Shown here one piece after another: positions 1 through 11,830 of a stretch of 64,000 nucleotides of DNA; position 1 is the stretch's first letter; the number at the start of each line of letters is the position of its first letter. This stretch comes from Mobula hypostoma (taxonomy: Eukaryota), in assembly GCF_963921235.1 (NCBI RefSeq), contig NC_086097.1, forward strand, positions 28,212,001-28,276,000, given 5' to 3'. Both the position numbers and the translations under genes were made by a program. The notes below the pieces were generated by a model. It did no database searches. It saw only the letters and a list, made by a program, of their open reading frames with translations, and was not told where the DNA came from.

Positions 1-710
1 TTAATCCCATTCTGATCATTCATATATTTGACAAACAACAAAGGTGCCAGACTGATCCCTGTGATCCACCGCTGGATACAAGCAACCCTCCAGCACCACG
101 TTCTGCCAACCCTCCAGCACCACGTTCTGCCAACCCTCCAGCACCATGTTCTGCCAACCCTCCAGCACCACGCTCTGCCAACCCTCCAGCACCACATTCT
201 GCCAACCCTCTACCACCACGTTCTGCCAACCCTCCAGCACCACGTTCTGCCAACCCTCCAGTACCACATTCTGCCAACCCTCCAGCACCACGTTCTGCCA
301 ACCCTCTACCACCACGTTCTGCCAACTCTCCAGCACCACGTTCTGCCAACCCTCCAGTACCACATTCTGCCAACCCTCCAGCACCACGTTCTGCCAACCC
401 TCCAGCACCACATTCTGCCAACCCTCCAGCACCACATTCTGCCAACCCTCCAGCACCACGTCCTGCCAACCCTCCACCACAGCGCTCAGCCTCCCGTCAC
501 CTAGACAATTTTGGATCCTATTTGCCTATATGCCTTGAATCACATGTTACCTAATGTTATGCAACCTTGTCGAAAGCCTTGCAAATATCTGTATATACCA
601 CTTCACCCAGCTTGCCCTCATCAATTTTCTTACTAACCTTGGCAAACAACACAATCAAGTTTGTAAGGCAGGATTCCTATGAACAAGATCATCCTGACAC
701 CCCTAATAGA
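1..710 (-). mobile_element. Decayed CR1-type LINE reverse-transcriptase fragment, interrupted by a 24-bp minisatellite
   Basis: Minus strand reads ANRIQNCLGDGRLSAVVEGW...LVSSGGSQGSVW, resembling the CR1 RT segment [26 protein letters not shown]. Boundaries approximate. Confidence 0.7.
83..480. repeat. 24-bp minisatellite (CAACCCTCCAGCACCACGTTCTGC), about 16.5 copies
   Basis: Tandem units directly visible; 8-aa periodicity in all overlapping ORFs. Confidence 0.97.
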
Positions 711-1667
711 ACATAGAACATTACAGCCAAGGCAGGCCTTTCAGCCCATGATGTTTTGCTGACCTTTTAACCTACTCTCAGGCCAACCTAACCCTTCCCT
801 CCCACATAGCCCTCCAGTTTTCTTTTATACATGTGCCTATCTCAGAGTTTCTTAAATCACTCTATCACTTTCACAAATCCTATCCCTTAGATCTTTTTAC
901 TAATAGTTTTCCTACTACTGTGGCAAGAATCAGCAGCCAAGAGTTTTCTGGCTTCCCCCTGCCAACTTTTTCAGTCTGAGAACAACATGAGCTACCTTTG
1001 GGTCTCCTGGTACATCTGAAGATGATGAATTGTCCTTGTCCTGTGGGGTGAATGCACACAGCACTATTCCCAGGGAGGACAGAGGTTTATGGTGAGAAGG
1101 GCAACTGTTTCATTCAGGGGGTGGTCAGTATGTGGAACGAGAGGCCAGAGGAAGTGTTTGCGAGAGGTATTTGACATTTAAAAGGGTCATGGATAGGAAA
1201 TATCGTGGATGGGAATCTTGGTTAGTAGGGATTAGAGGGGCTGAATGTCTCTATCACTGTATGCTAAAAGATTCAGGAGCTCATTGGTAAATCTGGGTTA
1301 AAGCAGTATGCCCACCGTGGTCAATGTAAATTGTGTAATGGTTCTAATTGAATTAGAATCTAGTTTATTAATACTGACATGTAACTTGACATTTGGTGTT
1401 TCGTGTGAACAGTACAGTGCAATATACTATAAATTGCAAGAAATATACAAAAAAAATGAGAATTGAGAATCAAGGGCCAACTTGATGTGTATTAAGAATT
1501 TGCTGTGGTGTGTTGGCGAGACATGCAAGCAAAAAAAAAACAACTTTCAATAATTATAATTGATGCAAAAAGATTGTGAGGTGGTGTTCGTGAAATCTGC
1601 TGGGAGAGGGGAAGAAGTTGTTCCTATTGTTCTGGATATTAACAAATTTAAATGTGATTTGCATCAG

Positions 1668-1866
1668 GACTGATTGTCTACGATACAGGAAGTATGAGAA
1701 TGGAATCTTCACTGGTTATCTGCAGAACCTCATGCAATACACTGAGCAGCTAAAGGATATGGTCACCTTTTACGTGGGATGCAGCTATTCCTTTGAGAGT
1801 GCAGTGCTGGAGGCCGGCGTTCCAATCCGGAATGTTGAACAAGGGTGCAGCGTCAGCATGTACAGG
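1668..1866 (+). CDS. DGLUCY: D-glutamate cyclase, first coding exon present in window (RTDCLRYRKYENG...FYVGCSYSFE...VSMYR)
   Basis: AG at 1666-1667, GT at 1867; GCSYSFE and PIRNVEQG..VSMY motifs typical of the DUF1445/D-glutamate cyclase domain; phase 0 join to next exon. Confidence 0.92.
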
Positions 1867-2471
1867 GTAGGACATTATACAACAGTCTGCACAAGTTGTC
1901 CCATTATGTTCACCGATGATGTTTCTCCATCGCTGAGTGCAGCAATTTACAGTGCCAGCAAGTGGGGTTCAATTCCCACAAGGTGTTTGTACCTTCTCTC
2001 TGTGATCGCATGGGTTTATTCTGGGTGCTTCAGTTTCCTCCCAGGTTCCAAAGATGTACAAGTTAGGGTTGGTATGTTATGGGCACGTTATGTTGGTGCA
2101 GGAAGCATGGTGACACAGCATATCCTCGGACTGTATTGCTATATGTTCCAATTTTTCAATGTACATATGACAAGACCACTCTAACCCTTTCTTCCTACTA
2201 TCATCCATGTGCCTATCTAAAAGTATGTTAAATGTCCCTAATGCATTGCCTCTACCATCAGCCCTGGCAGGGCATTCCGCCCACCCACCACTCTGTGTAA
2301 AAAAAACTTACCTTTGACATCCCCCCCTATACCTACACCTTAAAATTATGCACCCTGGTATTAACCATTTCCATCCTGGGGAAAAGGTCTCTGGCTATCT
2401 ACTCAATTTATGCCTCTTTTCATCTTGTATCCCTCTGTCAAGTCACCTCTCATCCTCTTTCCATCCCACCC

Positions 2472-2535
2472 ATGAAGGATGCTCACAGCATAACCATACT
2501 CAGCGGCCATCCAGGTAACATCCGTTTAACGCTCT
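2472..2535 (+). pseudogene. Decayed duplicate of the 3' end of the DGLUCY exon at 2947-3097 plus its donor site
   Basis: GGCCATCCAGGTAACATCCGTTTAACGCTCT (2505-2535) versus GGCCATCCAGGTAACATCGGTTTAACGTTCT (3088-3118); peptide MKDAHSITILSGHP versus MVDSHGAPIHIGHP. Confidence 0.8.
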
Positions 2536-2644
2536 GAAATGGATGAGAACAAATGCAGCTCTTCACACCTTCGACATCGGGGAGAATTTACAGAATTTAC
2601 TAAAAACTAAAGCTGTCTGATGTTTACAAAAGCGCTGAAATTTT

Positions 2645-2855
2645 GTATGGTGTAGCATAGCAGTTAGTGCAATGCTGTTGCAACACCAGCAACCAGCTGA
2701 TGTCTGTAAGGAGTTTTGTACTTTCTATCCATGACTGCGCGAATCTCCTCTGGATGCTCCAGTTTCTTCCCACATCTCAAAGGTGTACGGGTTAGTCAGT
2801 TATTTGGGTGTAATTGGGCAGTGTGGGCACATTGGGCTGGGAGGAGCTGTATCTC
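2645..2855 (+). mobile_element. HE1/V-SINE-like element (other copies near 1930-2180, 7215-7420, 13520-13820, 16855-17075, 19515-19760, 22985-23215)
   Basis: Recurring core TGTCTGTAAGGAGTTTGTA...GGGTTTCCTCCGGGTGCTCCGGTTTCCTCCCACA resembling the V-domain of vertebrate V-SINEs. Confidence 0.7.
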
Positions 2856-2946
2856 TAAATCTAAATCTAAACCTAAACCTTGTGCCAGTGGCTTGTTTAA
2901 TGTTTCCAAAGGCTTTTTATCTTCTTTCTGTCTTTTCTCCCTGAAG

Positions 2947-3097
2947 ACAAACATCCAGTGTGCCAGGGTCGGTGTCTTCCAGTGTAACATGGTGGTCTCG
3001 ATGCGACCCATTCCTGTTGACAAGCTTGACGTGGTTGTACAAGTGAGCCATTGCATGGTGGACTCCCATGGTGCGCCCATACACATTGGCCATCCAG
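2947..3097 (+). CDS. DGLUCY: D-glutamate cyclase exon (TNIQCARVGVFQCNMVVSMRP...HGAPIHIGHP)
   Basis: Polypyrimidine tract plus AG at 2945-2946; donor G|GTAACA; VVSMRP and HGAPIHIG motifs. Confidence 0.94.
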
Positions 3098-3243
3098 GTA
3101 ACATCGGTTTAACGTTCTCATCGAGAACAGGAAGGGTGAGTTTTCTGCAGAGGCACAAAGTAAGCTGAGCACATTTGGTGCCTCAGCCCATTCCTGCCCT
3201 TCAGTGGGACTATGGCTGATTGGAATTAACTCCAGAGACACAA

Positions 3244-3596
3244 GATTAGATTAGATTAGATTAGATTCAACTTTATTGTCATTGTGCCGAGTACAGATAC
3301 AAAGCCAACAAAATGCAGTCAGCATCTAACCAGAAATGCAAAGAATAGTGTTATTTACAAAATAACTGCGAGTAAAAAGTAAGTGCTACAGCACACAAAT
3401 ATAAAAGTACTGAGACAGTCCAATATGGGTGCAATACTGCTTAGACTGTGATGAGAGGTTCAGCAGTGTCACAGCCTCAGGGAAGAAGCTCTTCCTGAGC
3501 CTGCTGGTGCGGGAACGGAGGCTCCTGTAGCGCCTACCGGATGGGAGAAGAGTAAAAAGTTCATGGTTAGGGTGAGATGCATCCTTGATAATGCTC
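3244..3596 (-). mobile_element. 3' end of a Rex1/Babar-like non-LTR retrotransposon with (TCTAA)n tail
   Basis: ORF end IIKDASHPNHELFTLLPSGRRYRSLRSRTSRLRKSFFPEAVTLLN, then 3' UTR with AATAAA and microsatellite tail; related copies at 40495 and 41572. Confidence 0.65.
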
Positions 3597-3886
3597 AATT
3601 TATTTGCACAATGATAATAGTTTATTTGTCATATGTACATTGAAACATCAAAACATACAGAGAAATGTATTATTTATACAAACAACCAATGTACCCAAGG
3701 GGCACATACACAAAAATACTTTGTTTATGTTAAAACCATAAGACATAGAAGCAGAATTAGCCCCTCAGCCCATCGAATCTGCTTCACCGTTCTATCATGG
3801 CTGATTTATTAACTTCTTCCACCCCATTCTCCTACCTTCAGGGAAATTGAAATCATTGAAAATATCAAGTGTGTGTGTGTGAAGTG

Positions 3887-5245
3887 TCACGGATGTAGGT
3901 AGAAAGGGACTGAACAGGGGCGAGGGGCGGAATAAAGCTTAGTCAGGGTATGCAGATATGAGTTCAGTGGGGAGGAACAAGCAGAGACAATGGGTCTACC
4001 GGGACAGGCAGGTTTATGGATCTTGGGTAGGAGGTAGAAACAGTAAGTGCGAGGTGAGGGAACTATCAGGTTGGTGCCAGTGGGTGGAAGATACTGCAGA
4101 TGACCCGACGCAGATTGGGAGACTGTTTCGCCGAGCATCTACACTTCGTCCTCCAGAAAACGCGGGATCTCCCAGTGGCCACCCATTTTAATTCCACTTC
4201 CCATTCCCATTCCGGCATGTCAGTCCATGGCCACCTCTACTGTCGCGATGAGGCCACACTCAGGTTGGAGGAGAAACACTTTATATTCCGCCTGGGTAGC
4301 CTCCAACCTGATGGCGTAAACATAAATTTCTCAAGCTTCCAGTAATGCCCCCCTTCACCATTCCCCATTTCCATTTCCCTCTCTCACCTTATCGCCTTAC
4401 CTGTCCGTCACCTCCCTCTAGTGCTCCTCCTCCTCTTCTCTCTTCCATGGCCTTCTGTCTTCTCCTATCAGATTTCCCCCTTCTCCAGCCCTGTATCTCT
4501 TTCACCAGTCAACTTCCCAGCTCTTTACTTCGCCCCCTTCCCCACTCCTGGTTTGACCTTTCACCTTGTGTTTCTTCCTCCCCTCCCCCGCCTTCTAACT
4601 CCTCATCTTTTTTTCTCCAGTCCTGATGAAGGGTCTCAGCCCGAAACACGACTATATTTTTATAGATGCTGCCTGGCCTGCTGAGTTCCTCCAGCATTTT
4701 GTGTGTGTTATTTTAATAAGGTCGGTAATGGTGTGGGAGACAATGACCTGGTGCTTCTTAGTGGGATCCTGTTTGAGGAGTAAATAAGAGGAGTTGTATG
4801 ACAGTCGTCGCTGGGCCTCAGCAGGATAGAGGTCAGTTTGCCAGACTACCAGAGTATCCCCTTTATCTGTGGGTTTGATGGTGAGGTTAGGATTGGTGCG
4901 GAGAGAGTGGAACGCAGAGTGTTCGGAAGGAGTGAGGTTGGAATTGGAGAGAGGAGTGGTGAGGTCGAGATAGTTGATGTCCCACCGACAGTTGGCAATG
5001 AATGGATCTCGAGCAGGCAGAAGACCAGAACCGGGGTATCCAGGAAGAGGAGGAGGGTTGAAGGGGTGGAGAGTCTTTGCCAAAGAGGTAGGCTCGGAGT
5101 CAGAGGTGGTGGAAGAAGATCTCCGTGTCATGGCGGGTGCAGAACTCACTGAGATGTGGGTGCAGAGTGACAGGGGTGAGGCCAAGACGTTCTGCCGCAG
5201 AGAGGGGAAGGTCGGCGGGTATGGTGATGACCTGGCATGGATGAA
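3887..5245 (-). mobile_element. Penelope-like retroelement fragment (N-terminal/RT-proximal region), split by an opposite-strand Penelope piece
   Basis: LTIKPTDKG..VVW and FYLLPKIHKP..PGRPIVS motifs on the minus strand. Confidence 0.85.
4100..4709 (+). mobile_element. Penelope-like 3' fragment (GIY-YIG end, pyrimidine-rich UTR, tail with decayed hammerhead motif)
   Basis: TRRRLGDCFAEHL...PVATHFNS...RLEEKHFIFRLGSLQPDGVN; CTGATGAAGGG...CCCGAAAC at 4623-4647. Confidence 0.85.
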
Positions 5246-5287
5246 AGTGAATTACAGTGAAATACTGTGGTAAATCATATATATATA

Positions 5288-5506
5288 TGTTGTAACTGGG
5301 TTAACTGTCTGGACACGCCCCTCTACTGACTGCCCCTGTGGCTCCTCCCACAGAGTCCTGTATAAAGATGTTTCGCCTTGCCCCTCCCCCTCAGTCCGGG
5401 GGCAGACACTCACTGTGGAGGTCGTGGAGGTCATATTGTACAGCGAATAAAAGCCTTTCAATATTTTACCAAACCTCAGTCTTTTGGAGTTATTGAAGGT
5501 GCTTCA
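5288..5506 (+). mobile_element. Probable short solo LTR
   Basis: TG...CA ends, internal TATAAA and AATAAA; flanks TATA/AATA are only an imperfect target-site duplication. Confidence 0.5.
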
Positions 5507-6634
5507 AATACATGGTTTGCGTCAATGACCAACACAGTGGGAGGAATGTGCTGGGGGCAGCCCACAAGTGTCGCCATGCATCTGGCACCAATATAGCATG
5601 CCCACAACTTACTAACCCTAGTGAGAAAACAGTCAACGTTGATGGGACTGACGAAGGGTCTCAGCCCAAACAACAACTGCCCATTTCCTTCCGTAGGTGC
5701 TGCCTGGCCTGCTGACGGCCTCCAGCATTTTGCATGTGGCATCAGCTCCAGTTGCCTGACATGCCCCTTACAGTTTGCCCAAATTTTTTTGATATTATTT
5801 AAATTATTGTTCGAACACGTCTCTATTTTTGTGAGCGGACTCCACTTCTCCAGCAGCCATTGCAAGAAGAGCTATTTCCCAGTTTCTCATCTGCGTGGCC
5901 AGGCTCTGATGCAGAGACAGTGGCCAGGTTCATGTTCAGATTTGCTTATCACACGTATGGTAAGATGCACCGTTTGTGTCAATAACCAACACACTCAGCA
6001 AACACAAAATGCTGGAGGAGCTCATCAGGTCAGGTGATCTGCGAAACCAGGTGGGTGGGGGAGGGGGAATGAAGTGAGAAGCTAGGAGGTGATAGGTAGG
6101 AGAGGTCAATAGCTGAAGAAGATTCTGATAGGAGAGGAGAGAGGACCATTGGAGAAAAAGAACAGACTGGAGTGCCAGAGGAAGGTTTTGGGGCAGGTGA
6201 GGAGAAGGTCAGTGGTAAGATGGGAACCAGAATGAGGAATGGAAAATGTGAGAAGGGGTAGGGGCCAGAAATCACTGGAGGTGAGAGAAATTAATGCTCA
6301 TTCAGTCAGACTGGAGACCACCCAGATGGAGTGTGAGATGTTGAGGTGATGAGGTATGGATTTCCAAAATCTGCAGAATTTTATCTGTTGTGGAGGGAGA
6401 TGGCCTTACTGTTACTCACCTGAATGTGGTACCTGTCTGTTTGTGATCTCCCCCTTCCTGAGGGAAAAGGTTGGCAGAGCCAACACACCAAGCAGTTCTA
6501 CCAGCTGGTAACAGCTAAGCCAGGTGTTGAGGCTGAAGATCTTGTATTCGTTTCCTTTTTGTTGGTCAGTTTTGATGTTTCTCCAATAAAGCTTCAACAT
6601 CAGAACTAAAACTGGTTCAATTTCTCTTTTGCAG

Positions 6635-6757
6635 GATTGATTGGAATTGGCGATTTGTCCGTGCCCGACTTCGGGGACGTGGTTGAAGCTCATCCTGGGG
6701 ATGTCCCTGTCTTCTGGGCCTGTGGGGTCACTGGAGCAGAGGCTGTCAGCAGCTTAA
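6635..6757 (+). CDS. DGLUCY: D-glutamate cyclase exon ([14 protein letters not shown]...[10 protein letters not shown]...)
   Basis: TTTTGCAG acceptor, A|GTAAGA donor; PVFWACGVT motif; phases 1/1 consistent. Confidence 0.95.
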
Positions 6758-7989
6758 GTAAGATGGCAGTACGCAATGAAAAATGTAGAGTTCCTATGAA
6801 GTTAGTAAATGGGCCAGACTCAAAACAAGGTGGAATCCATCATCCCAACAGGCACATGGGGTTTCTGTGGAAGAACGTCCCTCTGACACTGAATGGTCCA
6901 TGGCACTGGATTAGGGTGCCTGTCTGAAGCCTAGGTTCCACTACCAGGTGTCAAGATCAATGCTTTGACATTCTACATCTGTAGTGGAACAGGGACCCAC
7001 TGATAATTGCACACTTTAATGAACTAAACTTAATTCCTTCCCACTGTGGAACAGGCAGTCCATGATGAAACTACAGTGCTCAAATAGGGGCTTCACCAAC
7101 ACACCAAGTGCTCTCTGTGGTGAAATTCTCCCCTTTTGTCCAAAGCCTATGGTGGTCGGGCATGAGTCTGGAGTTGTCCGTCCTGCAGGTGTTGTGATGT
7201 CATCGTTGCCCAGGTAACACAGTAGCGTTCGGGTTACTATTCAGGAGACCCCGGTTCAATTTCTGCCGCTGTCCGTAAGGACGTTGTATGTTTTCCCCGT
7301 GACCTCGTGAGTTTCCTCCAGGTGCTCCGTCTCCTCCAACATTCCAAAGACATAAGGAGTCGCAGATTGGTCACATGGGTGCAACTGGGCAGCACAGGCC
7401 TGTTATCATGCTTTATCTCTAAAATATAAAAAAAATTAAATTAAAACCATCTCATAACAGGATTCAACCCGGAAAGCATAGAACGTTGAATAGTACAGCA
7501 CATGAATAGGCCCAATGTTGTGCCAAGCGAACTAAACTGGTAATTAAAAGCCAACTGAACTAATCTCTGCTGCCTGCACAATGTCTATATCCTTCCATTT
7601 TCTGCGCTTTAGTGTACCTATCGAAGAACCTCTTGAACACCTCTATCGTGCTTGTGTCCACCGTCACCCCTGGCAGCTCATTCCACACCCCACCACACTA
7701 TGGGTGTAAGAAAGAACCTTGCCTCTTCCCACCTTTGAGGATCCACCATATACATTTACATGTGTGAGGAATTTGCTGTGGTGTGTTAGTTGGGGTGCGA
7801 CATACAACAAATAAACAGCATTTAACAATTACAAAGAATAAAAAAAATATAAAAGTCATGTTAGGGGTTAAAGAACAGATATGGAATAAGATACATAAAT
7901 ACCATCATGTACTGGTATTTACAAAGTAAACAGCATTATAAACTGGTAGGGAACGAGCTGCAGCTGGATGACGTCTGGCTTATATACGA

Positions 7990-10730
7990 GAATGAGGAGG
8001 TGATTAAAAGGAGCTGCAAGGAGGTAGTTACCCTTAAGTTGTAGGAGGTGGGGAAGTGGGTAGCTGGGTGACTGTCAGAAATAGGCAGCCAGTAAAGGGT
8101 ACCCTTGTGGTCATTCCCCTCACTAATGTATACTGTTTTCGATTCTGTTTGGGGGGGGTTGGCCGGGGGCGGGGGGGGCGGCCTACCAGGGGAAACCCAT
8201 AGCAACCGGGTATTTGGCACTGAGTCTGGCTCTGTGGCTCAGGAAGGAAGGGGGGAGAAGGGGAGTGTAGTAGTGACAGGGGGTTCCATAGTTCGAGGAG
8301 CAGGCCGGAGACTCTGTGGACGTGAAAGAGACACCCCAATGGTATGTTACCTCCCAGGTCCTTGGGTCGGCTCGTCAGCATTCTAAAGGGGGAGGGTAAA
8401 CAATTGGAAATTGTGGTACCTATTGGTACCAACAACAGAGGTAGGAAAAGGGAGGGGGTCCTGAAGAGAGAATTTTGGGAGTTAGATAGAAAGCTGAAAA
8501 GCAGGATCTCAAGGTTAGTAATGTCTGGATTGCTGCCTGTACTATGTGCCAGTGAGGGTAAGAGTAGAATGATTTGGAAGTTGAATGTGTGCTGGGAATT
8601 TGTGTGTGGGGGTTGGGGGGGTGGAAGGATTTCAGATTTCTGGATCATTGGGATCTCTTAAAACACAGAGCAATACAGCACAGGAACAGGCTATTCAGCC
8701 CCTCAATGATGTGCTGAACCAATTAAATTAGTAATCACATCAAAGTTGCTGGTGAACGCAGCAGGCCAGGCAGCATCTCTAGGAAGAGGTACAGTTGACG
8801 TTTCAGGCCGAGACCCTTCATCAGGACTGCTTTGACCTGCTGCGTTCACCAGCAACTTTGATGTGTGTTGCTTGAATTTCCAGCATCTGCAGAATTCCTC
8901 TTGTTTGCGTTTTTAAATTAGTAATCAAATGGCTAACTGAACTAATCTCTTCTACCTACACCATGTCCATATTCTTCCATTTTTCTCACATTCCTGTACC
9001 TATCTCCAAGTCTCCTAAAATCCTCTAATGTATCTGTCACCACCCTGGGCAGTGCATTCCAGGCACCCACCACTCTCTGTGTAAACAATCTTGTCCCGCA
9101 CATCTCCTTTGAAATCATCCCCTCACCTTAATCCATGCCCTCAGGTAGTAGACATTTCAACCAGAGGGAAAAGATATTGTCTGTCTACTCTTTATATGCC
9201 TCTCATAATCTTATAAACTTCTATCAGATCTCCCCTCAGCCTCCACCACTCCAAAGAAAACAGCCAAAGTTTGTCCAACTTCTTGTTACAGCACATGCCC
9301 TCTAATCCAGGCGACATCCTGGGAAACTTCTGCAGCCTTTCTAAAGCCTGGACATCCTTCCTGCAATGGAGACGACCAGAACTGAATGTAATATTCCAGA
9401 TGTGTCCTGGCTAGAGTTTTATAAAGCTGCAACATAACCTCCTGACTTTTGAACTCAATGCTTCGACTGATAGAGGCAACCCTTCTTAGCTACCTCTCCT
9501 GGGGAATGTATGACCTGTACAAAAAGGACAGTTATACCTGAATTTTAGGGGGATCAAAATCCTTGCAGGAAGATTTGCTAGAGCTGTTGGGGAGGGTTTA
9601 AACTAATTTGGCAGGGGGGCGGGAACCAGATTGATAGGGTTGAGGATGGAGCCCTCAGATGCAGTATGTAGTGTGACTGTGAGAAAAGATAGGCAAACTT
9701 TAAAGTGAAGTTGCAGTCAGTGAGATGAGTTAAAGTGTAACATGGCAAAATCAAAAATGGTGATGAATACTGGAATGAGGGCGTTATATTTGAATGCATG
9801 TAGAATACAGACTAACATAGTACAGTTACAGACTGGCAGATATGACATTGTGGGCATCACTGAGTTGTGGCTGAAAGAAGATCGTAGTTGGGAGCTTAAC
9901 ATCCAAGGATACATATTGTATCGAAAGGACAGGCAGATGGGCAGAGGGGGTGGGTTGGCTCCATCAGTAAAATTTAAATCAAACCCTGAGAGAGATTGTG
10001 ACATAGGATCGGAAGATGTAGAATCCTTGTGGATAGAGTTAAGAAACTGCAAGGGTAAAAAGACCCTGGTGGGAGTTATATACAGCCTGCAAATAGTAGC
10101 CAGGATGTGCAATACTAATTACAATGGTAGATGGAAAAGTCATGTTAAAAAGGGCAATGTTTTGATAGTCATGGGAGATTTCAATATGCAGGTGAATTGG
10201 GAAAATCAAGTTGGTACTGGATATCCAGGGGAGGAATTTGGAGAGTACCTATGAGATGGATTTTTAGAGAAGCTTGTGGTTGAGCCCACTAGAGAAAAGG
10301 CAATTCTGGATTGAGGTTTGTGTAATGAATCAGATTTGATTAGGGTGCTTAAGGTAGAGGAACCTTTCGGAGGCAGTGATCATAATATGATAGAATTCAC
10401 CCTGAAGTTTGAGAGGAAGGAACTGAAATCAGATGTATCAATATTACAGTGAAGTAAAGGGAATTACAGAGACATGATCGAGGAGCTGGCAAAAAGTTGA
10501 TTGGAAGGGGACACTAGCAGGGATGATGGCAGAGCAACAATGGCTGCTGTTTCTGAGAGCAATTCGGAAGGCGTGGGATAGATAGATCCCAAAGAAGAAG
10601 TATTCTAAAGGGAGGATAAGGCAACTGCAACTGACAAGGGAAGTCAAAGACAGCTTAAAAGCAAAACAAAATATATAATATAGCAAACATTAGTGAGAAG
10701 TTACAAGATTGGGAAACTGTTTGAAGAGCC
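7990..10730 (+). mobile_element. Decayed CR1 LINE 5' half (SGNH-esterase ORF1 and APE endonuclease), interrupted at about 8660-9495 by other repeats
   Basis: GGSIVRG..RLCG..MVCYLPG and IGTNN motifs (ORF1); YLNAC..DIVGITELWL..YRKDR..GGG..MGDFN (APE). Confidence 0.85.
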
Positions 10731-11011
10731 AGAAGGGTCTGTTCTGCACTGTATCTTACTATGTAAATAAATTACACTATTAACTGAAATGTCATCTTTT
10801 TCCTCCACAGATGGTGCTTGACCTGTTGAGTTCTCCCAGCATTTTGTTTATGTTCCAGATTCCAGCATGTATGTCCTCTTTTGTCTTCTTTGATGGTTAA
10901 TGCATCATTGACTGGTGACAGTTGTTGCAATCTGCCCACATATTGTGCAAGTTAATGTGAAGTTGATTCTATTCTAAGTGATGTGACTGGTCCAATTCCT
11001 CTTCCCTTCAG

Positions 11012-11218
11012 AGTCTCCCCTGGCTTTCACCCATGCTCCCGGCAGTATGTTCCTCACAGACCTGAGAAGTGAGAGGCTGGTGACCGGTGATGGCGTCAGC
11101 AGTCTCGAGACCCCTCAGGTTTTCTGCATCTCTGAGAACCCGCCCCATTACAGCGTGGCCTCGCTCTCCGCAGTGGAGAAGATTAGGGCACTGGAGAGAC
11201 TGATTCAGGAAGACCCAG
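11012..11218 (+). CDS. DGLUCY: D-glutamate cyclase exon (KSPLAFTHAPGSMFLTDL...LIQEDP)
   Basis: CTTCCCTTCAG acceptor, G|GTAATT donor; THAPG.MF.TD motif; 207 nt open; absent from the ORF track (no long ATG-initiated ORF). Confidence 0.93.
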
Positions 11219-11617
11219 GTAATTAGAAGCATATAAACATAAGTGTCTCAATCAGGGACTAGATGTGTTATTAGCCCAAGCAAGAATCAGATTCAGGTTT
11301 ATTTACCAAATGTACATCTAAACCTACAGGAAAATGCATTGTTTGCATTAACAGCCGACAAAACCCAAGGTGGTGCTTTTGGCAGCCCACAAGTGCCGCC
11401 ACACATTCTGGCGGCCACGTAGCACATCAGTGGAACAACACAGATGAAAAAAGCCAAACAAGACCCTTTCTCACCTTTCCACCAATCCACCCACTCAAGA
11501 ACAGGCCTCCAACTGCAGGACCAGGCACCTTCTGGCCTCCAGTTGTTAGCCCTTGCTCTCAGATGCACAAACATCTGGCCTCGAACTTCGGCTTCACCAA
11601 CTTCTAGGCACCAATCG

Positions 11618-11830
11618 CAGGTTTTACCAATCTCAGGTTTTACCAATCCCAGGTTTTACCAATCCCAGGCCTTTCCAATCCCAGGCCTTTCCAATCCCAG
11701 GCCTTACCAGTCACAGGTCTTACCAATCCCAGGTCTTACCAGTCCCAGGCCTTGCCAATCCCAGGCTTTGCCAATCCCAGATCTTACCAGTCCCAGATCT
11801 TACCAGTCACAGGCCTTACCAATCCCAGGT
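11618..11830. repeat. 16-bp minisatellite (CAGGYYTTACCAATCC-like), about 13 copies
   Basis: Tandem degenerate units directly visible. Confidence 0.92.

Noticed and set aside
83..480. CRISPR array or repeat-protein gene (also considered for 11618-11830 and 36600-36857)
   Set aside because: Head-to-tail units with no unique spacers, eukaryotic intronic context and no cas genes.
1618..2184. ORF-track 188-aa protein as a complete gene
   Set aside because: Only 1668-1866 is exon; the rest is intron and SINE read-through. The same applies to other ORFs overlapping DGLUCY exons.
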